Origin: an uncultured Deinococcales bacterium
Lineage (GTDB): Bacteria; Deinococcota; Deinococci; Deinococcales; JAAFIG01
Assembly (NCBI GenBank): GCA_964244895.1
Contig: CAXTKV010000137.1
Coordinates: 1 to 14,704 of the forward strand
Reading direction: 5' to 3'
DNA: 14,704 bases
The stretch's first letter is position 1. Each line of letters starts with the position of its first letter. The notes below the pieces were generated by a model. The model did not search any database. It worked only from the letters and a program-made list of their open reading frames with translations, and was not told where the DNA came from. Both the position numbers and the translations under genes were made by a program. Shown one piece after another: positions 7,445 to 14,414 of this stretch.

Positions 7445-10168
7445 ATGCTCGAGCCGGATCGGAACAATCAGGCATCGCTCGAGGTGCTGCGCGAGGCGAG
7501 CGATCCGCGCACGGCTCAGGATCGGCTGAAACGGCTGGCATCGCACCGCGACGAGCGCGTGCGGCGACTCGTGGTCAGCAACCCGAACGCGCCGACGGAG
7601 GCGCTCTACAGGCTCTGCGTGCGGCACCCGGAAGCGTTCCTGCAAAATCCGGTGCTGGAGCTGTTGATTCTGGAAAACCCGAACCTGCTGGCTGAAATGC
7701 CTGAATACGCGCGCTCGAGCCTGCTGTCGTGCGAGGACGCACCGATGGTTTTCCTGGAGTGGAGCGAGAAGTGGAACGAGGGCGTGCTGGCCGTACTGCA
7801 GAACCCTAACGCGCCGAAAGCCCTGCTGGAACGGCTGGTGGATCACGCCGACGAGCGCGTGGCGCGAGCCGCGAAACTGCACGTCAACGCAGACGCTGAG
7901 TCCGAACGCGATCCACTGGCGGAAGCGATGAACGCCGTGTCGAAGGCCGCGCTCGAGCGCGATGGCGAAACGATCAAGGACTTGTTCGCCCTCGAGGCCG
8001 TGCCCGTCTGGGCGCTCGAGCTGCTGTGCCAGGATTCGGACGCGGAATTGCGCGCGCTGGCCGCAGCGCACCCGGACGCGCCGCCCGCCGTGCTGGAACG
8101 CCTGGCGCTCGACGAGGAAGAACCCGTCCGGCAGCGCGCCGCGGCGCACCGGAACGCTTCCGGCGATTGGAGTGAGCGCTACCGCAAGCTCCAAACGATG
8201 GAGGCGCTCGAACCTGAACGGGTAGAAGGTCTGGCGGGTGCGGGATCGTGGGCGCGCAAACTGGCGGCGCGTCACCCGAACGCGCCATTGGCCTTGATCG
8301 TGGGCTTCGCCAGCGACGAGGACTGGCGCGTGCGCGAGGCGGTCGCGCAGAATCCGCAGTTGCCATTCGACACGCTCGAGGCGCTTTTCAATGACAGCGA
8401 CCGGGATGTGCGGGCGGCGGCGGCATCGCACCCGAGGGCGAGCGTGGCGCAACTCGAGCGGCTGGCAGGGGACACCGACGAACGCGTCCGGCAGGCGATC
8501 GCGGCGCACCCGAACGCGCCTCAAAGACTGATCGAGCATCTCGAGCGCGCCGCCAGCAACGACCCGAGCCTGAACGCCCAGGAACTCGAGGTCGTGCAGC
8601 GTTACGGCGAGTGGGGCCGTCAGATCGCGGCGGCGCACCCGAACGCCGACCGGGGCACCCTCGAGCGCCTGTCGCGCGACGAGATCTGGCGCGTGCGTCA
8701 GGCGGTCGGGCACAACCCTTGCGCCAACCCAGCGATTCTGGAAGGGCTGGCGCAGGATTCGGATTCCGACGTGCGCGGGGCGGTTGCGCAGAACCCGAGT
8801 GCGCCCTTGCACGTCCTCGAGACGCTGTCGCTGGACGCGCACAACGAGGTTCGCAAATCGGTCGCGCACAATCCGAACGCCAGCCCCGCAATCCTCGAGC
8901 GCCTGGGCGCGGACGACCACTGGACGGTGCGGCAAGCCGTCGCGGCGCACGCCAACGCACCGGATCAGACCCTGGTGATGCTGGTGCGCGATGCCGACCG
9001 CGACGTGCGTCAGTCCTTGATCGAACGGCCCGCGTTGCCGGAGGCGGTACTCGAGGCGCTGTTCGCGGGCTGGCTGGAACCGATCGATCTTTCCACGGAC
9101 AAGCTGAACGACCTCTACCGCCGCGCCCTGCGGCTCGATCCCGATTTGCCGGATGCGTTCCTGGCGTCGCTCGCGGTCGGCGAGGAGTGGGCCAGATTGC
9201 TGGCCGCGAGGCACGCGAACACGCCCCAGGGCGCGCTGGAACACCTCTCAAGCGACAACGACTGGCGCGTGCGTCAGGCCGTGGCGCAAAACCAGAACGC
9301 GCCGTGGGCGGTGCTGGCGCGGATGCTAGACGACCACGACGCGGATGTCCGCACCGCCGTGGCCAGCCACGCCAACGTGCCGCAGAGCGCGCTGGAACGG
9401 CTGGCGCACGACGCGCACACGGGCGTCAGAACGGCGGTGCTGGCGCGCGAGGACGCGCCGCAGGCCGCGCTCGAGACGCTGGCGGGCGACGAGGAAGAAG
9501 AAGTCCGCCGCCGGGCGCAAGCCGATCCTCGGGTGCCGCGCGAACTGGTCGAGGGTTACGCGCGGGCTGAAGCTCAGGATACTGGGCTGGAACCCGCCGC
9601 GCTCGAGGCGCTTTCCTTGGGCGGTGCGTGGGCCAGGGGTCTGGCGGCACGGCACCCGAACACGCCGCAGAGCGCGCTGGCGCGGCTGGCGACCGATGAG
9701 CGCTGGGTGGTGCGCCAGGCCGTGGCGGGCAACATCAGCGCTGGAGCAGGGCTGCTCGCCTCGATGGCGGCGGATTCCGATCTGGATGTCAGACGCTCCC
9801 TGGCGGGCCACCCGAACACGCCTCAGGATGCCCTGGAAACGCTGCTGCACGATGCCGAGGACGGCGTGCGCCGCGCCGCGCTGAGCAACCCGAACCTGAG
9901 CGCCGAACTGCGGATCGCGCGTCGGCGGCGCGCCATCGGCGGTTGCGTTCGGGCCAAGGAAAGCCTCAACCGGGTGATCGGATTGTCGCACCCGGACGTG
10001 CCGGAATCCGAACTGATGAAATCTCGGCACCTGGCTTCAGGTGAATGGCTCGAGCGGCTGGCGTTGGCGCTCAATCCAACTTTGCCGCAGACGGGCATCG
10101 AACGCCTTTCGCGCGACGGCAACCGGATCGTGCGGGCGCTCGCCAAATCCAGGCTGGAGAAGCCGTGA
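7445..10168 (+). CDS. HEAT-like / leucine-rich-repeat-variant (LRV) alpha-solenoid protein, 907 aa
   Basis: More than 20 copies of a ~24-aa unit (H/N)PNAP..LE.LA.D....VR.AVA. Distinct N-cap (PEAFLQNPVLELLILENPNLL) and C-cap (WLERLALALNP...DGNRIVRALAK). No catalytic motif, signal peptide or TM segment seen. Confidence 0.88.
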   Translation: MLEPDRNNQASLEVLREASDPRTAQDRLKRLASHRDERVRRLVVSNPNAPTEALYRLCVRHPEAFLQNPVLELLILENPNLLAEMPEYARSSLLSCEDAPMVFLEWSEKWNEGVLAVLQNPNAPKALLERLVDHADERVARAAKLHVNADAESERDPLAEAMNAVSKAALERDGETIKDLFALEAVPVWALELLCQDSDAELRALAAAHPDAPPAVLERLALDEEEPVRQRAAAHRNASGDWSERYRKLQTMEALEPERVEGLAGAGSWARKLAARHPNAPLALIVGFASDEDWRVREAVAQNPQLPFDTLEALFNDSDRDVRAAAASHPRASVAQLERLAGDTDERVRQAIAAHPNAPQRLIEHLERAASNDPSLNAQELEVVQRYGEWGRQIAAAHPNADRGTLERLSRDEIWRVRQAVGHNPCANPAILEGLAQDSDSDVRGAVAQNPSAPLHVLETLSLDAHNEVRKSVAHNPNASPAILERLGADDHWTVRQAVAAHANAPDQTLVMLVRDADRDVRQSLIERPALPEAVLEALFAGWLEPIDLSTDKLNDLYRRALRLDPDLPDAFLASLAVGEEWARLLAARHANTPQGALEHLSSDNDWRVRQAVAQNQNAPWAVLARMLDDHDADVRTAVASHANVPQSALERLAHDAHTGVRTAVLAREDAPQAALETLAGDEEEEVRRRAQADPRVPRELVEGYARAEAQDTGLEPAALEALSLGGAWARGLAARHPNTPQSALARLATDERWVVRQAVAGNISAGAGLLASMAADSDLDVRRSLAGHPNTPQDALETLLHDAEDGVRRAALSNPNLSAELRIARRRRAIGGCVRAKESLNRVIGLSHPDVPESELMKSRHLASGEWLERLALALNPTLPQTGIERLSRDGNRIVRALAKSRLEKP

Positions 10169-11463
10169 GCACCGTCCAGGACGAGAAAAAACTTGTGCGT
10201 CAGGGACAGGACAATGCCACCGCGAACCCGATCCGCATGGAATCGTCCGATCCGCTCGAGGAGCGCCTCGATCCTGAAACACCGACCTCGCCCGAGGTGC
10301 CGCGAGCCGTCCCGAACCTCGAGCGGCAGATCAGCGCGTCCTTGTTGCGCTTGCGGATGCGCTCACCGTTTTTTGCCACGCTGGCCTTATTTGCCAAGTT
10401 CAAGCCGACGCTGGACTTACCGACCGCCGCCACCGACGGGCGCGACGTGCTCTACAACCCCTTTTTCATGGGCAAATTGCCGCAGACGCACTTCGATGCG
10501 GTGGTGCTGCACGAAGTCCTGCACGCCGCCATGCTGCACGTGCCACGGCGCGGACACCGCGACCCGCAAGCCTGGAACATCGCCGCCGACATCGTGGTCA
10601 ACGGCATCCTGATTCAGAACCAGTTCGAGCTTCCCGAGGGCGCAGTCCGCGACGAGAACCTGGAAAAATACAGCGTCGAGGAGGTCTACGCGCTCCTGCC
10701 GCGCCAGGGAGGCCAGCATCACCTCGAGACCCAGGACTTGCTGGAACCCGGCGAAGACCCGAACCCCGACCAATCAGGGGATGCCAAAGGGCGCGACCAG
10801 GACGGCAGCCTCAAACAATCGCGGCGCGCCAAGCTCGAATCGCACTGGCGGCAGGCGGCGCAACAGGCCAGCGTGATCGCGCGCGGCGTCAATCAGGGCA
10901 AGCTTCCGGCGGGCGCGGAGCGGCTGTTGAGCGCGACCTCAGCCGCGCGGCTCGACTGGCGCACGCTGCTGTGGCGCTACCTGACGCGCACGCCGACCGA
11001 TTTCGAGGAATTCGACCGGCGCATGGTCGGACGCGGCCTGTACATCGAATCGCTCGAGGGTCAGAGCTTGCGCGTCTACGCGGCGGTGGATACCTCCGGC
11101 AGCGTCGATGACGCGCAGGTCAAGGATTTCCTGGCCGAGCTGCGCGGTATTTTGCGCGCTTACCCGCACGTGCAATGCGATCTGTATTACGCCGACGCGA
11201 GCGTCTACGGGCCGTACCCGCTGCTGGGCGACGGCGAGATTCCCGCCCCGCAGGGCGGCGGCGGCACGGACTTCAGGCCGTTCTTCGAGGCCGTATCCCA
11301 GCGCCTCGAGGCGCACGTCTCGAGCGTAACGGTCTATCTGACGGACGGCTACGGGGATTTCCCCGACGAAGCGCTCGAGGTTCCGACGCTCTGGGTGGTG
11401 ACGCCCGGTGGCCTGGACGCCGACAGCTTCCCGTTTGGCGAGGTCGTCAAGCTGATCGACTGA
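10165..11463 (+). CDS. Putative metallopeptidase-vWA protein (DUF2201_N + DUF2201/vWA-like)
   Basis: N-domain PFFATL...TAATDG...LHEVLH (HEXXH)...WNIAADIVVN, an acidic linker, LDWRTLL, then a vWA domain with complete MIDAS (VDTSGS, GGGGTDFRP, YLTDGYG). GTG 10165 overlaps the upstream TGA (GTGA) with GGAG at 10156-10159; ATG 10237 is an alternative start. Confidence 0.9.
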   Translation: MSTVQDEKKLVRQGQDNATANPIRMESSDPLEERLDPETPTSPEVPRAVPNLERQISASLLRLRMRSPFFATLALFAKFKPTLDLPTAATDGRDVLYNPFFMGKLPQTHFDAVVLHEVLHAAMLHVPRRGHRDPQAWNIAADIVVNGILIQNQFELPEGAVRDENLEKYSVEEVYALLPRQGGQHHLETQDLLEPGEDPNPDQSGDAKGRDQDGSLKQSRRAKLESHWRQAAQQASVIARGVNQGKLPAGAERLLSATSAARLDWRTLLWRYLTRTPTDFEEFDRRMVGRGLYIESLEGQSLRVYAAVDTSGSVDDAQVKDFLAELRGILRAYPHVQCDLYYADASVYGPYPLLGDGEIPAPQGGGGTDFRPFFEAVSQRLEAHVSSVTVYLTDGYGDFPDEALEVPTLWVVTPGGLDADSFPFGEVVKLID

Positions 11464-11489
11464 TCGCGGTGCCCGCTTTGAAACTGACA

Positions 11490-11533
11490 ACACCGTCCAG
11501 CACGCAAGCTAGAACTCGTGTGCTGGACGGTGT
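11490..11533. terminator. REP-derived hairpin between convergent genes, possible bidirectional terminator or 3' stabiliser
   Basis: ACACCGTCCAGCA (11490-11502) is the exact reverse complement of TGCTGGACGGTGT (11521-11533), extendable to 16 bp with one G-U pair. No U-tract. Confidence 0.6.
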
Positions 11534-11563
11534 CCTCGCGGCATCCGAGGCGCGTCTTGCAGA

Positions 11564-12088
11564 TCAGGCTCGAGGGCTGGGATACAAGACGGCCTCGATG
11601 GCCGCTTTCTGGGCGGTCTCGAGCGTGCCGCGCACGTCGAAGCTCGGCCAGGGCCGCAGGTTCCGCATACTGCGCGAGGACACCGCGCCGACCGTGATGC
11701 GCCACGCGCCCTGGTTTGGGCCGCGCACCTCCATCGCGTGACCATCGATCTCGGCCTCGATCAGCAGCACGCCATTCGACTCGAAATGCTTTTTCCAGTT
11801 GACGGTTCGGCTCAGCGCGGGCGGCTGCGCGGGCCAACGGCAGGCCGTACCCAGGTTGAAACCGCGCAGGCGCGAATGCATCCGATCCTGGGTCGGGTTG
11901 ATCGGGTCGAGGCGCGGCGTGAACTCGATCCGACCCGACCAGAAATAACGACCCGGAACCCAGCCGGAACGGTCGAAGTACGCTTCCAGGATATCGCCCT
12001 CGCGCAGGGCGCGACCGTCCAGGTAGTACTGGTGCTGATCGTCGTCTTTGCGCAGCGTGATGCGTTGAGCGGTTTCAAAACTTGGCAT
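11564..12088 (-). CDS. Hypothetical protein, 174 aa (N-terminal region reminiscent of DUF5348-like small beta domains)
   Basis: ATG preceded by SD GAGGA at 7 nt spacing. Protein-like composition with aromatic residues (YYLDGRALREGDILEAYFDRSGWVPGRYFWS). Fills the gap between flanking features. The domain resemblance is from memory only. Confidence 0.7.
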   Translation of the reverse strand: MPSFETAQRITLRKDDDQHQYYLDGRALREGDILEAYFDRSGWVPGRYFWSGRIEFTPRLDPINPTQDRMHSRLRGFNLGTACRWPAQPPALSRTVNWKKHFESNGVLLIEAEIDGHAMEVRGPNQGAWRITVGAVSSRSMRNLRPWPSFDVRGTLETAQKAAIEAVLYPSPRA

Positions 12089-12234
12089 GCTGGGTTCCTC
12101 AATCCTTGAACAGCAAGGGTTTGACCCAGGTGCTGCTGGGGTTCAGCCCGCGAGCGGGGAATGCTCCAGCTTACTCTTCGGCTGCGCAGCCGAATGAGAT
12201 GCCCCTCAAATCGTGATCGGTGATATCGAATCCG

Positions 12235-12268
12235 TTTTGATTTGATCCATATTTTGATCAAATCAAAA
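12235..12268. promoter_or_regulatory. AT-rich perfect inverted repeat, probable transcription-factor operator
   Basis: TTTTGATTTGATC-(CATATTTT)-GATCAAATCAAAA: 13-bp arms with an 8-nt spacer, about 150 nt upstream of the 12088 start. Confidence 0.6.
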
Positions 12269-12326
12269 TCGCGCTTCTTTCGCGAAGGATTTCATGTGAC
12301 TCGAGACTAACGACGAGGCTGCCGAC

Positions 12327-12380
12327 AAAGCGCGTCCCAGACGGTGTTCTTGCCACCTAACACCGTCTGGGACGCGCTTT
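12327..12380 (-). terminator. Perfect 22-bp hairpin built from two REP-like copies; terminator of the small membrane-protein gene
   Basis: AAAGCGCGTCCCAGACGGTGTT-(10-nt loop)-AACACCGTCTGGGACGCGCTTT, 3 nt downstream of the stop codon that ends at 12384 on the minus strand, with short T runs on both strands. Confidence 0.8.
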
Positions 12381-12383
12381 TGC

Positions 12384-12623
12384 TTATTTGATCAGGTTGG
12401 CTTGCTTCAAACCGTAAGCTGCCAGCCCACCGAGCGCCGCGACCAGCGCGACCTGTCCGATGAACTGCCCCAACCAACCCAACAGCGCGTTACCGAGCAA
12501 TCCAGCGACCGCTCCGGCCACGCCCGAGATCACCATCGCTTGCGTGCCCCCAGAAAGTTTTTGCGTCTGCGAAACCACCACACCCGCCACCGCACCGATA
12601 ATCAACGCAATCAACCAGGACAT
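12384..12623 (-). CDS. Small Gly-rich membrane protein, GlsB/YeaQ/YmgE (transglycosylase-associated)-like, 79 aa
   Basis: MSWLIALIIGAVAGVVVS...ISGVAGAVAGLLG...VALVAALGG. ATG at 12623 has SD GGAGG and a CATAAT -10-like hexamer (12642-12647) upstream. The longer 173-aa ORF call overlaps pcp and is over-extended. Confidence 0.75.
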   Translation of the reverse strand: MSWLIALIIGAVAGVVVSQTQKLSGGTQAMVISGVAGAVAGLLGNALLGWLGQFIGQVALVAALGGLAAYGLKQANLIK

Positions 12624-12780
12624 GTCGTACCTCCGTGTTCCATTATGCGAGAGATTGAAGGATCGTTCCCGGAACCAGCGTTCCTGGCTCCTGATTCTGC
12701 GTCCCGAAGGGCATTCGCAGAATACGCCCAGGCTGGCGCGAGACGCGCCGAAGCCAGAGCGGGACGCGGCGAAGCTCGCG

Positions 12781-12786
12781 TAGAAT
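12781..12786 (+). promoter_or_regulatory. -10 box (TAGAAT) of a probable leaderless pcp transcript
   Basis: Near-consensus -10 hexamer, 6 nt, then GTG at 12793; no SD sequence. Confidence 0.75.
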
Positions 12787-12792
12787 TCGCGC

Positions 12793-13485
12793 GTGAACCA
12801 GAAACGCACCCCGCAGACGCTCCTGCTAACCGGTTTCGAGCCTTTCGGCGGCGACTCGAGCAATCCCTCCTGGGCAATCGCGCAAGCGCTCGACGGGCTG
12901 GGCATCGAAGGGTTCAGGGTCAGTTCTCACCGCCTGCCCGTGGACGGATCGCGCGCGCCGAAGGTCCTGACGAAGCTGATCGATGCGAAACAGCCAGCCG
13001 CCGTGGTGATGCTCGGCCTGGCGCGCGGGCGCGTTCAGATCGCGCTCGAACGGGTCGCCATCAACGCGCTCGATTACCGCATCCCGGACAACGCGGGACG
13101 CGTGCGGCGCGATCAACCGATCATCAAGAACGGCCCGGACGCGTACCTGACGACCCTGCCCACCGAGGCCATCCTGCGGGCCTGGTACGAACGCGCGATG
13201 CCCGGCTACGTCTCGAACACGGCGGGTTTGTACCTCTGCAACCAGGTCTTCTACGCCGCGCGCCACCACCTGGCCTCGAGCGGGCGGGATCGCGTTCCTG
13301 CCGGATTCATTCACCTGCCGAGCGACGAATCCCTGGTGCTGGACAGTCTCGAGGCTTTCGTGCCGCTCGCGTTTCAGATCGAGACGGTTCGCGCGGCGCT
13401 CGAGGTTACGGGCAGCCTTCTGAAAGGGAACCAGCAGCGGGCATCTCGGGCTTCGGGTGCGACCACAACGCGGCCAGTGCGATAA
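12793..13485 (+). CDS. pcp: Pyroglutamyl-peptidase I (peptidase C15)
   Basis: LLTGFEPFGGDSSNPS, catalytic Glu in IALERVAIN, RIPDNAG, catalytic Cys in SNTAGLYLCN and catalytic His in GFIHLP. Confidence 0.95.
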   Translation: MNQKRTPQTLLLTGFEPFGGDSSNPSWAIAQALDGLGIEGFRVSSHRLPVDGSRAPKVLTKLIDAKQPAAVVMLGLARGRVQIALERVAINALDYRIPDNAGRVRRDQPIIKNGPDAYLTTLPTEAILRAWYERAMPGYVSNTAGLYLCNQVFYAARHHLASSGRDRVPAGFIHLPSDESLVLDSLEAFVPLAFQIETVRAALEVTGSLLKGNQQRASRASGATTTRPVR

Positions 13486-13577
13486 GAACACCGTTCTCGC
13501 TCATCAGACCGCACCTAGCGGGCTATTCGCGCTCCAGCACGCGTATGTAAGGTTGCGTCCAGGACGGTGTTCCTGAG
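13485..13577. repeat. REP-like inverted pair (first copy truncated)
   Basis: AGAACACCGTTCT (13485-13497) and GCGTCCAGGACGGTGTTCCTGAG (13555-13577). The latter is identical to 4111-4131 over 21 nt. Confidence 0.7.
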
Positions 13578-13616
13578 ATACGCGAGCTTGAACGCCGTTC
13601 GGGAGATACTCTTCGC

Positions 13617-14414
13617 ATGGGCCAGTTGCGAGATCCCGAAAGCGTCAAGCGGCAGTACGCGACCGAGGAACACCTGAACGTCCGTCAGCAGACGCACGCG
13701 CGCTACACCGTCGGCATGAGCCTCGAGGCCGCCGTGGACGCCGCGCTCGAATTGCGAACCACGGACGACTTGCTGGACGTGGGCACCGGGCCGGGCAGCT
13801 TTCCGGGGCGCTTGCGCGAGTCTGGTCACGTCGGGCGTCTGGTCGGGCTGGATCAGTCCGCAGGCATGATCCAGAGGGCCGCGGCATCGTATTTGGGTGT
13901 GGAATTCATCGTTGGGGACGCGATGAATCTTCCTTTCGAGGACATGAGCTTCGACGCGGTTTCGGCGCGACACATGCTCTATCACGTTCCGGACGTGGCG
14001 CGGGCGATCCGGGAGGCGCGGCGCGCGCTGAAACCCGGCGGGCGATTCCTGGTGCTGACCAACGCCGACGGTTACATGCGCGAGTTCTGGGAGGCCGCAC
14101 TGGAGGGTATCCGACCGATTCCCGAATTCGGGGCATTCGTTCGAGAACACGAAAACCCGCGCTACCACCACGCGAACCTTGAGCGTGAGATCGCCACGGT
14201 TTTCGGGCGCGCGAAACTCGAGTCGCTGGAGGGCGCGCTCGAATTCCCGAGCGCCGAACCCGCGCTGGCCTACTTCAATTCCTTAAGAACCCAGTACGGT
14301 CTGGACGAGCCGACCTGGGCGAAAGGGCGCGAGGCGTTTCAGCGCGTACTCGAGGAAACCGCGTACCCGTGGCGCGTCTCGAAGCGGGTCGCGGTCTTGA
14401 CTTCAACCCGTTGA
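13617..14414 (+). CDS. Class I SAM-dependent methyltransferase
   Basis: Motif I LLDVGTGPG, followed by LVGLDQSAGMI, GDAMNLPFEDMSFDAV, HMLYHVPD and RRALKPGGRF. Confidence 0.92.
   Translation: MGQLRDPESVKRQYATEEHLNVRQQTHARYTVGMSLEAAVDAALELRTTDDLLDVGTGPGSFPGRLRESGHVGRLVGLDQSAGMIQRAAASYLGVEFIVGDAMNLPFEDMSFDAVSARHMLYHVPDVARAIREARRALKPGGRFLVLTNADGYMREFWEAALEGIRPIPEFGAFVREHENPRYHHANLEREIATVFGRAKLESLEGALEFPSAEPALAYFNSLRTQYGLDEPTWAKGREAFQRVLEETAYPWRVSKRVAVLTSTR

Noticed and set aside
7418..9244. 608-aa minus-strand ORF and other long Arg/Ala/Pro-rich alternative-frame ORFs across the window
   Set aside because: They overlap well-supported genes, have compositions typical of GC-rich off-frame translations, and show no family motifs.
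10045..10164. ORF-track start for the vWA gene at 10045
   Set aside because: It would overlap the solenoid gene by 124 nt; GTG 10165 (SD plus GTGA overlap) or ATG 10237 is more plausible.
5940..11563. AAA-solenoid-vWA module as a recently inserted mobile island
   Set aside because: No integrase, transposase, tRNA or flanking direct repeats were seen, and composition, CTCGAG density and REP copies match the surrounding DNA.
12624..12905. N-terminal extension of the 173-aa minus-strand ORF
   Set aside because: It overlaps pcp and its promoter; the SD-preceded ATG at 12623 gives a coherent small membrane protein.
13617..14414. Methyltransferase as the DNA methylase behind the CTCGAG enrichment
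   Set aside because: It lacks DNA-MTase catalytic motifs (DPPY/NPPY or PC) and looks like a small-molecule class I methyltransferase.
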